Below, piece after piece: positions 1 through 9,240 of a DNA stretch of 64,000 nucleotides (positions are counted from its first letter, which is position 1; every line of letters begins with the position of its first letter). Below the pieces are notes generated by a model. It worked only from the letters and a program-made list of their open reading frames with translations, searched no databases and was not told the origin of the DNA. Position numbers and translations under genes: made by a program. The DNA lies in the NCBI RefSeq assembly GCF_025056915.1, contig NZ_JANWVH010000002.1:1024-65023 (forward strand), in the 5' to 3' direction. This stretch comes from Meiothermus sp. GTDB taxonomy: Bacteria > Deinococcota > Deinococci > Deinococcales > Thermaceae.

Positions 1-1
1 C

Positions 2-646
2 CTTTTCGAGCCTGACCTCGAGCCCGAACTCTGGCAAGGCGACGCCCTGACCCAGAGCCTGGGCGCCGCCGGGCGCAAGCTGGCCGAGTGGGATCTGCTA
101 CCCACGGCCTTCCCCATCGAGGAAATTTTGCCGCCCGAGGACCTGCGCCACGTCAAACGGCTGTATGGCATCGGGGGGCTCTCGTATGGCAACCTTTCAG
201 TGCGCAAGGACGAAAGACGCTTCTGGATGTCGGCCAGCGGGGTGGACAAGGCCAACCTGCGCGAGGTGGGGCGCGACATTCTGCTGGTCACCGACTACGA
301 CCCCACCCAAAACGCCATGCGCCTCTCGGTGCCCCCCCACGTGGAGCCCCGCCGGGTGAGTGTGGACGCCATCGAGCACTGGATGATTTACCGCGAACAC
401 CCCCAGGTGGGGGCCATCCTGCACGTGCACGCCTGGATGGAGAACATCGGCTCGACCCAGTTCAACTACCCCTGCGGCACCTACCAGCTGGCCGAGGCCG
501 TGGCCGAAAAGGTGCGCGAGGCCCCCGACCCCAGCCGGGCGGTGGTGGGCCTCAAGAACCACGGCCTGACCATCACCGGCCACAGCCTGGAGGAGATTCT
601 GGAGCGCATCGAGGGGCGGCTGTTGCGCCAGGTGCCCATGAGCTAA
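2..646 (+). CDS. Class II aldolase/adducin family protein (5' end outside window)
   Basis: Frame is open from position 2 (LFEPDLEPELW...) to TAA at 646. Motifs YGNLS, EHWMIY, HVHAW and KNHG fit the Zn-binding His pattern of class II aldolases. Confidence 0.8.
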   Translation, partial: LFEPDLEPELWQGDALTQSLGAAGRKLAEWDLLPTAFPIEEILPPEDLRHVKRLYGIGGLSYGNLSVRKDERRFWMSASGVDKANLREVGRDILLVTDYDPTQNAMRLSVPPHVEPRRVSVDAIEHWMIYREHPQVGAILHVHAWMENIGSTQFNYPCGTYQLAEAVAEKVREAPDPSRAVVGLKNHGLTITGHSLEEILERIEGRLLRQVPMS

Positions 647-910
647 TCGGCGCTGGCCCCGGAAAAACACCGATTCAGCAGCAGACGCCGCTCAGCCGGG
701 CTCTGGCAGGTCTTGGGCAGGAGTCTCCCTAAGGCCCACCTGGCCTCTCCTTGTGGAGCGGGGTGGCAGAAGCTACCTGCTCCGAAGTTTCACCCTCGAG
801 TCCCTCAAAAGCCTGGGCCCGTAATGTTCCGGGCAGTCGAGCATGAAGCGGGCCAGGGTTAGCTTGACTGCCAAAAATACGTGGCACCTGGATTTTGCTG
901 GCCTGGTGGG

Positions 911-1612
911 TTATACCTCGCCCTGCATGGCTTCTAGGCCGGAAGTCCGACCGGCCTGTTCGAGCCGGTCTCTCAGGCGCCTGGCCCGCTCTAAAAGCGG
1001 CTCGGCTTTGCCGGCGAGCTGGGCCTGGAATTCCAGTGCGACCACCTTACCGGGGGTAAAGGCCCGTCCGTCGGGGTTGGGAAACAGGCTGTTGAGCAGG
1101 GAAAAATCTTCATCGGAGCGCCAGTCTGCTTCCTTTTTGAGCCGATCCAGGTAGCCCCACTGGAAGCGCTCCTCGCTGAGGGCTCCGGCGATAAAGCGAT
1201 CCAGTAAATCTCGGTAGAAGTGAAGCCCCACCACGGCGGGGTTGTGCACCGGACGGCCAACCTGTACCGGCAGCGCCTGAAGCAGAAGGGGCTCGAGGTG
1301 TTCGGGGTTGATTTTCCAGTTGTCGAGGTCGAAGAGGGGCCGGGCCTGCCGGAAGACGATCAACTGCGGGCTCTGGTGCTGAATGCCGGTGCGGGCCTCC
1401 ACATGGTTGGAAGCCGGGCGGTCTTCGGGGATGCGAATAATCCCGATGGCTACGTCCGGGCGGGGCTCCAGGTACTTCTGGACGTACTGCATGGCCTCGA
1501 GGGTCTTGTCGCTGGTGCTGGCCTTGAAAATGGCTGCTAGCTCGTAGCGCTCCAGAAAGGCATCCACATCCTCGGGTGTCTTGAGCGAGAAAACCCGTTC
1601 GCGCAGGCTCAT
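911..1612 (-). CDS. BrxC/YtxJ-like thioredoxin-fold protein with C-terminal colicin-immunity-like helical domain (AbxC-like); motif Cys replaced by Ser
   Basis: IFKASTSDKT, DRPASNHVEARTGIQHQSPQ and DNWKI resemble YtxJ/BrxC. The C-terminal YRDLLDRFIAGALSEERFQWGYLDRLKKE resembles the colicin-D-immunity fold. Confidence 0.7.
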   Translation of the reverse strand: MSLRERVFSLKTPEDVDAFLERYELAAIFKASTSDKTLEAMQYVQKYLEPRPDVAIGIIRIPEDRPASNHVEARTGIQHQSPQLIVFRQARPLFDLDNWKINPEHLEPLLLQALPVQVGRPVHNPAVVGLHFYRDLLDRFIAGALSEERFQWGYLDRLKKEADWRSDEDFSLLNSLFPNPDGRAFTPGKVVALEFQAQLAGKAEPLLERARRLRDRLEQAGRTSGLEAMQGEV

Positions 1613-1791
1613 GGCCCTATCAAAATAGGCTCTTTTGGGTCAGGTCTCCGTGAGATACACCCCGATTTGCCCTGTGAACCGGTGCCTTGCTGCTCTCTGG
1701 ACCTGGTCACTGGGCTGGGCCTGGGGCCACGATGGAACTGTGACCGATGGCAAGGGTGATGCACACTCGGTGCGCTACCCTGGGTTGTGGA

Positions 1792-2526
1792 ATGGAACGA
1801 CTGCTTGCGTTGAGGTCTTTGCCCATCCTGCCCATACTGCTTTTCTTGCTTCTGCTGGCCAGCGCCCTGGTGGGCTCGTATTTTTTGTTTCCGGGCTTCA
1901 AAGCGCGCATAGATGCGGCCTATGGCTTGCTTTCCAGCGGCAACCCCCAGGCTCTTCAGGCCTGGGTCGCCGGTCTGGGCTTCTGGGGCCCTTTGAGCAT
2001 CATCGGTCTGATGATTGCCCAGACCCTGGTCTCGGTGGTGCCGATGACCCTGGTCATGCTCATCTCGGTGCTGGCTTTTGGGCCGGTGATGGGCGGCATT
2101 CTGGGCTGGGTGGGGGCCATTATTGCCGCCATGCTGGGCTACAGCCTGGCCCGGATGCTGGGGCCGGTGCTGGTCGACCGCTTTGTGAGCGAGAAAATTC
2201 GACGCAGGGTGGAAGAACAGGTTGAACGCTACGGCCCCTGGGCCATCATCGCGCTGCGCTTGTCTTTCGTGGTACCCACCGACAGCGTGAACTTTGTGGC
2301 CGGACTGGTGCGGATGCACCCCCTCAAGTTCCTGCTGGCCACCTCGGTGGGGGCAGCCCCGGTGGCGGTGGTGGTGGCCTGGCTGGGCGCCGATTTCTCC
2401 CGCCTGGGGCCCTTTCTACTGGTGGCCACCCTGGTGGGCCTTGCCGCGCTGGGCGGCTGGATTCTCTACGACCAGTCCCGCTTGCGTCGCAAGACCCTCT
2501 CCGGCGAGAGCGAGGGGTCGGGTTAG
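1792..2526 (+). CDS. TVP38/TMEM64 (DedA/VTT, SNARE-associated Golgi) family membrane protein
   Basis: Several hydrophobic helices, QTLVSVVP, FGPVMGG, LRLSFVVPTDSVNFVAGL. Start placed at the ATG at 1792. Confidence 0.85.
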   Translation: MERLLALRSLPILPILLFLLLLASALVGSYFLFPGFKARIDAAYGLLSSGNPQALQAWVAGLGFWGPLSIIGLMIAQTLVSVVPMTLVMLISVLAFGPVMGGILGWVGAIIAAMLGYSLARMLGPVLVDRFVSEKIRRRVEEQVERYGPWAIIALRLSFVVPTDSVNFVAGLVRMHPLKFLLATSVGAAPVAVVVAWLGADFSRLGPFLLVATLVGLAALGGWILYDQSRLRRKTLSGESEGSG

Positions 2527-2878
2527 CCAATCCCGGTGTCGGTGCGAACAGCTCGAGGTGTCTGGCACGTCTGTAACTCCTTGTGTTGACCGCTCCTCTT
2601 CAGCAGCAGACTCCCCGGTGTACTCTGAATGACTCGGAGTTAGAGCCTCTTCGTGTATTTTGTGCCTTGCGACCTCGAGAAAGGTTTGGCCTGGAGGGGC
2701 AGCCGCGTTGCGAAGGGCGCAATGGAGCGGGCGGTCAAAGAGCGGCTCAGCCGATTACGGGGTTCTTCCATCCTTGCATGAACACCGGTCAGGGTGTAGC
2801 AGGGGCTGGAGACCTTCCCCCGACCGCACAGCCGCACGTTTGCATGATTGAACGCTGGCTGAATGCCTCAGGGTGGCA

Positions 2879-3613
2879 TCAGTTCAAACCAGCCATCAGG
2901 GCTTCCATTCCCTCCACCGCGCCCATTCTGAGGATGCAGTCGGCCCAGCTCGAGAGTGGGGTGGGGTCGGGGTTAATCTCTATCAGATAGGCTCCGCTCA
3001 GGCGGGCCAGGCGCCCCAGGCTGGCGGCAGGTTCAACCTCAGCGCTGGTGCCTATGACCAGCGCCACCTCGGCCTGGACAAAGGCCTGCTCGGCCTGTTC
3101 GAAGGCCCCGAGGGGCAACATCTCCCCAAACCAGACCACATCCGGGCGGCCCCGACCCCCACAACCGGGGCAGTAGGGCGGGGGAACGAACTCGGCGGGG
3201 TCGGGGAGGGAGAATCGCTGTCCGCAGCCCTCGCAACGGCCCCTGGCAAGGTTCCCATGCAGCTCGACCAGCTGGCTCGAGCCGGCCCGGCGGTGCAGGC
3301 CGTCCACATTCTGGGTTACCAACAAAAAGCCCTCCCCCACCCGCTTTTCGAGCGCTGCCAATAGAGCGTGGGCCCGGTTGGGCTGGGCCTGCATCACGTT
3401 CTGGTAGCGCCAGGCGTACCACTCCCAGACTTTTTGGGGATTGCGGGCGTAGGCGCCAGGGGTGGCGTATTCCTCCAGGTCGAAGTCCTTCCACAAGCCC
3501 GCCGCATCGCGGAAGGTAGGAATGCCCGAGGGCTTGGAGATGCCCGCACCGGTCAGCACCGCAACCCGCCGAGCCCCGGCCAGGCGTTCTTGAGCAGAGG
3601 TCAGGTGGCTCAT
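2879..3613 (-). CDS. cobB: NAD-dependent protein deacylase (class III sirtuin)
   Basis: LTGAGISKPSGIPTFR, TQNVDGLH, ELHGN, two CxxC Zn motifs, GTSAEVEPAA. The YxxR motif (YAWR) suggests desuccinylase preference. Confidence 0.93.
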   Translation of the reverse strand: MSHLTSAQERLAGARRVAVLTGAGISKPSGIPTFRDAAGLWKDFDLEEYATPGAYARNPQKVWEWYAWRYQNVMQAQPNRAHALLAALEKRVGEGFLLVTQNVDGLHRRAGSSQLVELHGNLARGRCEGCGQRFSLPDPAEFVPPPYCPGCGGRGRPDVVWFGEMLPLGAFEQAEQAFVQAEVALVIGTSAEVEPAASLGRLARLSGAYLIEINPDPTPLSSWADCILRMGAVEGMEALMAGLN

Positions 3614-3850
3614 GTGCTTTTAGTATGACCCGGTTTTTCACTTCCTTCCTAGGGTGAGGGCGCCGCCCGTTCCATTGGTGGAGGCCAAAGACCCGAAGCA
3701 ACGGAGGGGAAGGGCCGTTGGGCGCGGGGGTGCTGGGTCAGGGCTTGCCGGGCCCATGCGTCTGGTGTGCGCCTTGGCTGCAAACTCAATAGAATAGACG
3801 GGATTCGGTTTGAGTTGGAAACCCGAATCGCAGAGATTTGAACGTTCTCC

Positions 3851-5380
3851 ATGCGACTCTTTACTGCCCAGGCTATGCGCGAGGCCGACCAGCGGGCCGT
3901 AGCCCTGGGCTACCCCAGCCTGGTGTTGATGGATGCCGCCGGCAGGCGCACGGCCAAGCGGCTGTTGCAGCACTTTCCGGGCCGCAAAATTGTGGTGCTG
4001 TGCGGGAAGGGCAACAACGGAGGAGACGGGCTGGTGGCCGCCCGCTGGCTGGCCCACTGGGGCCACGAGGTTTCGGTCTATGCAGCCGACGGCCAGGAGG
4101 GCGATGCGGCCATTGCCCGGCAAGCCCTGAGGGCCCACGGCCTGAACCTCGAGGCCCTTGCAGCCTGGAGGCCCGAGGCCCATACCGTGGTGCTGGATGC
4201 ACTGTTTGGCACCGGGCTGCGGGGGCCCTTGGAAGGCTTTTACGCAGAGCTGGTCGAGCGCATCAACCAATCGGGCCTGCCGGTGGTGGCGGTGGATCTC
4301 CCTTCGGGGCTGCCCTACCAACCCCACGTACGCGCCGACCTGACCGTGGCGCTGGCGGGCCTCAAGCACGAGCATCTGTTTTACCCGCACCGGGCTGCGT
4401 GCGGGCGCATCCTGCTCGACTCGATTGGGATGCCGCCGCAGGCCCTGGAAAACCCCCAGCTACCGGAACTGTTGGCACACAACAGCCTCAGCCCTCTGCT
4501 CCCGGTTCGTCCCGGTAACGCACACAAGGGCTCGGTGGGGCGGGTGCTGGTGGTGGGGGGGTACCACAGCTATACAGGTGCGCCCAGCCTGGCGGCCCTG
4601 GGGGCCTACCGAAGCGGAGCCGGACTGGTCACGGTGGCCTACCCCGCCGACTGCGACCTGCAGCCCCCGCTGGAAGCAGTGCGGCTGCCCCTGTTCGAAT
4701 GGAACACCGCCAACCTCCAGACGGCCCGGGCCGAAGCGGTGGCGGTCGGGATGGGGGCCGGGGAAGGCGGGGTCGAGGCGGCCCTGGCGGCCCTGGGGCT
4801 GGCCCTTCCCACCGTGCTCGATGCGGATGCCCTGCATGAGCGGGTGCTGCAAGCCTACGCCCGGGCGGGGCGGCCCACCATCCTCACCCCTCATCCCGGT
4901 GAGGCCAGCCGGCTGATGGGGGTTCCAAGCGAGCAGATTGCCCGGTTTCCCCTCGAGGCCGCCCAAAGCCTGGCGCAGCGCTATCCGGGGCTGGTGGTGG
5001 TGCTCAAAGGGGGGCCCACGGTGCTGGCCTGGAGGCCCCCCGGCTCGTCCGAGGCCCGGCTGGCCGTCAACAGCACCGGCAACCCCCAGATGGCCACGGG
5101 CGGGATGGGCGATGTGCTGGCCGGGGTGATGGCTGCTCTGCTGGCCGCAGGTTTATCGGCCTGGGACGCCGCCCGGCTGGGGGTGTACCTGCATGGGCTG
5201 GCCGGAGACCTGGCCCGCAAAACCGGCCTCCTGGCGCACGAGGTTGCCCATGCCCTGCCCACCGCCCTCGAGCAGCTACAAGGGGCGCAGGTCAGGGACT
5301 TCTGGGAGCCGGGGTATGACGGGCCCCCAGCCACAGCACGCTCATCGCCAGCATCCACAGAAGGTCATAGGCCACAATAG
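3851..5380 (+). CDS. nnr: Bifunctional NAD(P)H-hydrate epimerase/dehydratase (NnrE-NnrD, YjeF)
   Basis: N-terminal GKGNNGGDG, DALFGTG, VAVDLPSG; C-terminal HKGSVG, DADAL, LTPHPGEA, VLKG, GGMGDVLAG. Confidence 0.93.
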   Translation: MRLFTAQAMREADQRAVALGYPSLVLMDAAGRRTAKRLLQHFPGRKIVVLCGKGNNGGDGLVAARWLAHWGHEVSVYAADGQEGDAAIARQALRAHGLNLEALAAWRPEAHTVVLDALFGTGLRGPLEGFYAELVERINQSGLPVVAVDLPSGLPYQPHVRADLTVALAGLKHEHLFYPHRAACGRILLDSIGMPPQALENPQLPELLAHNSLSPLLPVRPGNAHKGSVGRVLVVGGYHSYTGAPSLAALGAYRSGAGLVTVAYPADCDLQPPLEAVRLPLFEWNTANLQTARAEAVAVGMGAGEGGVEAALAALGLALPTVLDADALHERVLQAYARAGRPTILTPHPGEASRLMGVPSEQIARFPLEAAQSLAQRYPGLVVVLKGGPTVLAWRPPGSSEARLAVNSTGNPQMATGGMGDVLAGVMAALLAAGLSAWDAARLGVYLHGLAGDLARKTGLLAHEVAHALPTALEQLQGAQVRDFWEPGYDGPPATARSSPASTEGHRPQ

Positions 5381-6008
5381 ACCAGTGCGCGGGGGGCGCA
5401 CCCCCCAGTACATAGACCACTCGAGCCAGGCTGCCCAAAACGAGGGCCCAGACCACCCCTTGCAGGTACCGCCCAATGCGCCCTCCGGCCAGCACCGGGG
5501 TCTGCTGGAGGAAAAGCAGGGTCAGGTAAAACGCCACCCCGGCATAAATCAGTTCAACGACCCGCAGGGGACGAATCAGGGTGGTGAGGGCCGCCAGCAG
5601 CAGGCCCCCCAGCACCGCCAGAAGCGCCAGACGGGATGCAAACCCCAGCGCATACAAACCCTGGCGCTCCATGCTCAGGGGTAGAAGGGTTCCCATAGCC
5701 AGAAACAAGGCCACCCCTGCCAGATAGATTCCCTCACGCACAGCCTGGGTGCTGACGCCGGTGGCCACGTTGTATGTAAAAAGCAGATCGCCCAGCCCTA
5801 AAAAAAGCAGCCCCGTTGCCAGACCCCCCAGGGCCCGCTTCAGGATTCCAGGAGAGCGGGCCGCCGCCTGCCAGAGCGCATAGGCCCCCACAAAGTTAGA
5901 AAGGCTGACGGCCAGGCTGCGCACAAAGGTGTCGGTGAGCAGCCCTCCCAACCACATCAACCACAGCAAGCCCAGCAGTCCCGTAATCACCATGAACCCC
6001 GTTATCAT
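5292..6008 (-). CDS. Hypothetical multi-pass membrane protein (~7 TM)
   Basis: Long ORF with about 7 hydrophobic stretches; GGAGG just upstream of ATG 6008. Its 3' end overlaps that of nnr by 89 bp. Confidence 0.6.
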   Translation of the reverse strand: MITGFMVITGLLGLLWLMWLGGLLTDTFVRSLAVSLSNFVGAYALWQAAARSPGILKRALGGLATGLLFLGLGDLLFTYNVATGVSTQAVREGIYLAGVALFLAMGTLLPLSMERQGLYALGFASRLALLAVLGGLLLAALTTLIRPLRVVELIYAGVAFYLTLLFLQQTPVLAGGRIGRYLQGVVWALVLGSLARVVYVLGGAPPAHWSIVAYDLLWMLAMSVLWLGARHTPAPRSP

Positions 6009-6117
6009 ACGCCTCCGGTGCGAGCTACCTGTCAAGAGCAGCAACCCGGCGACTTCGTGTTGCCAGGCTCGCGGTCTGGTTCATCCGCAGGCCGCCTCGT
6101 TGGGCCTTTTACAGAAC

Positions 6118-6188
6118 TGGCCGCCTTCCTTCTGTTCAGGACAAAGCCCTCCCGCAGTCGAATGGCCGATAACAGGTGGAAAGCGCTC
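6118..6188 (+). repeat. Degenerate 3' half of MITE-like repeat family 1, head-to-tail with the next copy
   Basis: ttctgttcagga...tcgaatggccgataacaggtggaaagcgctc aligns with the family 3' half (ttctgttcagaac...tcgaatggctcataatttgtgaagagcgctc). Confidence 0.55.
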
Positions 6189-6190
6189 TA

Positions 6191-6292
6191 TCGCGCTCTT
6201 CACAGATGTGGCCGCCCATCCAGGCGGCCATTGCTCTGTTTAGAAACAGGCTTTCTCGAACTCGAATGGTTCATGATATGTGAAGAGCGCTC
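6191..6292 (+). mobile_element. MITE-like repeat family 1, 102-bp short variant, TA-flanked
   Basis: TA|TCGCGCTCTTCACA...TGTGAAGAGCGCTC|TA; internal junction gtggccgcccatccaggcggcca. Confidence 0.8.
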
Positions 6293-6397
6293 TAAACTGT
6301 GTCGCACAAAAGCCCGTACAACATACACCCGCACGGCGAGCGGATTAAGTCAATCCTGGCCGCGACTCGCCCCCTCCCGACCCCGTACGACTTTGCA

Positions 6398-7330
6398 CTA
6401 AAGCGTTGGACGGAGCAGCCGGTCAAAAAGGGTGGCCGCGTTGGGCTCGAGGCTCTCGTTCATCCAGCGGCGCAGGTCTTTCTCCAGCAGGGCGGGGTCG
6501 TCGGTGGTGTGGATTCTTTGGAGGCGCTCGAGGGCAGCGGGCGCACCGCGTCCCATGTATTCCCGCAGGACTTCCTGGGTCGCGTTCCACACGACATTCA
6601 GGCGGGCCCTGCGCTGCTCCTGGTCCTCCTGCCGGGCCTGCTCGAGCAAGTCGGGTGGCGCCTTGCTGGGGGCCTGCACCAAATGCAGTCGGCCCTCACG
6701 AAACTGGGAGGGCAACACCCCACCAAAAAGGTGCTTCCCTCGAGCAAAAAACCAGGCCCGTCCCACCAGGCCATCCTCCAGGATCAGCGCACCGGTAAAC
6801 TGTTCGCGCACCAACAAGTCCACCAGGTCGGCCACTATAGCGCTGGCGGCCCCGTCCGTCCTGCGCAGGTACCCCTGGGTGAGGGCCACCACCGGGGGCA
6901 GGTCGTCGGGTTGAAGGCGGTAGAGCGAGAGCGTTCCCTGTCCCAGCTCACGCTGCAAGGCTCGGTAGGCGGTGGTGCCGGAAAGGTGGCCGTAGGTGGT
7001 CTGTCGCCAGGCCTCCAGGAGCCGCCCTCGGTAAAACGCCAGCCAGCCCCGCTCCTCCCCTGGAAAACGGACCAATGCATAGCCGCAAAAATTGTCCTTG
7101 CGCAGCCGCTCGACGAGTTCAGAAGTCAACAGGCCCCCCGGCACACTCTCGGCCAGGGGGTCTTGCTGAGGCAAAAAGCTAAGCAAGTAGCCCATCAGCG
7201 CCGGCGAGATGTGCTCGAGCAAGCCCCGGTTTGCGCTCACACGGCCCCCTGCAGCGATGCTCGACTTGGCGAGGAAGTACAAATTGCCCCTCGGTAGGAG
7301 ACCCAATACCAGCGGAGCGCTACCGTCCAC
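6398..7330 (-). CDS. Hypothetical protein with two DUF4388-like alpha/beta units (LVERLRKDNFCGYALV; LVDLLVREQFTGALIL)
   Basis: 310-aa ORF with an internal repeat of a helix-FxG-strand pattern. The family call is by resemblance only and the start codon is uncertain. Confidence 0.55.
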   Translation of the reverse strand: MDGSAPLVLGLLPRGNLYFLAKSSIAAGGRVSANRGLLEHISPALMGYLLSFLPQQDPLAESVPGGLLTSELVERLRKDNFCGYALVRFPGEERGWLAFYRGRLLEAWRQTTYGHLSGTTAYRALQRELGQGTLSLYRLQPDDLPPVVALTQGYLRRTDGAASAIVADLVDLLVREQFTGALILEDGLVGRAWFFARGKHLFGGVLPSQFREGRLHLVQAPSKAPPDLLEQARQEDQEQRRARLNVVWNATQEVLREYMGRGAPAALERLQRIHTTDDPALLEKDLRRWMNESLEPNAATLFDRLLRPTL

Positions 7331-7618
7331 ATACCGAACAAAACCAGGCCACTACCCTGCTTAAGGTGCTTCATACTCGCCCTGGTTCTGGTGAAAAGGT
7401 CTCGGTCTTGAGGCCATTTCTTGGCCCGCAACCAGGCGCACGCAATGTGAAAGGGGCTTTGGCGTCCACAGTAAGCTAACTGGCAGTGTACCACGTGGGC
7501 CGATGGGATTATGACCGGAGCACGGCTTTGGCTGTAGAGAACTTCGTCCCCATTTTTTGAGCATTCCACAGGTCGTTCAGAGGTTATGATGTCAGGAGTC
7601 GCCCTGGGCGGGAGAAAT

Positions 7619-8521
7619 ATGTCCGACGAAACTTTGTACGTCCAAGTTCCGGCCACCCTGGCCAACCTGGGTTCTGGCTTCGACGCCCTGGGGGTCGCAC
7701 TTGACCTGTACCTCGAGGTCAGCGCCTCGCCAGCCTCCACCGACCAGCTGCACTACACCGGCCAGGGGCAGGTGCCCAATACCCCCGACAACCTGATCCA
7801 CCAGGGCTACCGGGCCGCCTGGCAGGCCCTGGGCGAACCCAATCCGCCCTCGCTTGTTGTTCACGCCCACAACCCCATCCCGCTGGCGCGGGGCATGGGC
7901 AGCAGTTCGGCGGCCCTGGTGGCCGGAGCCGCACTGGCCGATGCCCTATCGGGTCGGCAGCTGGGCCTGGATGGGGTCTTTCGGGTGACAGCGGCGCTGG
8001 AGGGTCATCCGGACAATGTGGCCCCGGCAGTATATGGGGGCTTTGTGGCCGCACTGGCCGAACCCCCCCTGGCCTTGCCCCTGCCCGCCCCCAAAGGGCT
8101 GCTGTTTGTGCTGGGGGTGCCCGCGTACGAGGTGCCGACTCCGTTGGCCAGGGCGGCGTTGCCAAAAACCATTCCCCATGCGGATGCGGTCTTTAATCTG
8201 GCCCGCAGCGCCCTCTGGCCGGCAGCCCTGTACGCGGGGCGCTGGGAGGCCTTGCGCGAGGCTGCACGGGATCGCCTGCACCAGCCCTACCGGGCGCACC
8301 TGATGCCGGGCCTCGAGGCGACCCTCGAAGAGGTCTATGCGGCGGGTGCGCTGGCGGCCTTCGTGGGGGGGGCCGGCCCAACCCTGGCGGCCCTGACCGA
8401 ACCCCGCCATATCGAGGCCATTCGCCGGGCCATGCAGGGCTATGTGGGCCAGGGCTCCACCCTGGTGCTAGGACTAGGAGAGGGGTTGCGGTGGAAGGCA
8501 GTTTCAGTACCATCCCACTGA
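7619..8521 (+). CDS. thrB: Homoserine kinase
   Basis: PATLANLGSGFDALG, IPLARGMGSSSAA (GHMP ATP motif), EGHPDNVAPA, GAGPT. Confidence 0.95.
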   Translation: MSDETLYVQVPATLANLGSGFDALGVALDLYLEVSASPASTDQLHYTGQGQVPNTPDNLIHQGYRAAWQALGEPNPPSLVVHAHNPIPLARGMGSSSAALVAGAALADALSGRQLGLDGVFRVTAALEGHPDNVAPAVYGGFVAALAEPPLALPLPAPKGLLFVLGVPAYEVPTPLARAALPKTIPHADAVFNLARSALWPAALYAGRWEALREAARDRLHQPYRAHLMPGLEATLEEVYAAGALAAFVGGAGPTLAALTEPRHIEAIRRAMQGYVGQGSTLVLGLGEGLRWKAVSVPSH

Positions 8522-9240
8522 GCGATGTCCTGGAGATGGTTCACGCCAACCGTGGAACCGGGGTCTTGCACCTGACCAGCGGCAAACTCCCCTTGCAGCT
8601 GCAATTCGAGGAGGGCGAGGTGGTGGGGGGAGGCATCCTGGACTGGGAGGGCTTCGAGGCCATCTCAACCTTTCCGCTGCACCCCGAGCAGGGCCGCTTC
8701 AGGTTCGAGGCGGGCCAGGTCAAGGGTCTGCCCTTGATGCCCTTCAAGGCCTTTATGGGCGAGTGGGCCCGGATGAACGACCAGTGGGCCCGTTTTCGCA
8801 GCGTCCTGGACTCCCCCAGCCGGGTGCTGGAGACCCCCCGGGCGGTGGAGCCGTTTGCGGTGTTTGTGGGGGGCAAAAGCGTGCGCGCAGCGGCCAAGAG
8901 CTGGGGGGTTCCGCTGATTATCGCCACCGAGCGGGCCTGGCGCGGGCTGCGCGAGGGCGACCTGACCAGGCTGCGCAAGTATGCCTGGTTTGCCCTGCGC
9001 ATCCGCCACCCCTCGGCCCGCCGCACGCAAGCTGGCATTCGAGACCCCAAGGACCTGACGGTATTGCTCGATGGCAGCCGTAATCTGGGTGAGCTGATCC
9101 AGGCCGGTCTACCGATTGCCAGGGTGCGGGACTATTTGATTGAGCGCATCAGCAGCGGCGAGTTGCAAGCCGCTGGCAGGGGCTGGATCTTACGCGATTT
9201 GCTGTGGGAACTCGAGGCCGAGCAGCACCCCCCGAAGTGA
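8491..9240 (+). CDS. DUF4388 (PatA-N-like) domain protein
   Basis: N-terminus MEGSFSTIPLSDVLEMVHANRGTGVLHL is the typical DUF4388 start. GTG start overlaps the thrB 3' end. Confidence 0.8.
   Translation: MEGSFSTIPLSDVLEMVHANRGTGVLHLTSGKLPLQLQFEEGEVVGGGILDWEGFEAISTFPLHPEQGRFRFEAGQVKGLPLMPFKAFMGEWARMNDQWARFRSVLDSPSRVLETPRAVEPFAVFVGGKSVRAAAKSWGVPLIIATERAWRGLREGDLTRLRKYAWFALRIRHPSARRTQAGIRDPKDLTVLLDGSRNLGELIQAGLPIARVRDYLIERISSGELQAAGRGWILRDLLWELEAEQHPPK

Noticed and set aside
675-2612. Shared 13-mer ttcagcagcagac in two convergent spacers
   Set aside because: Matches of this length are expected by chance in 64 kb, and the flanks do not align.
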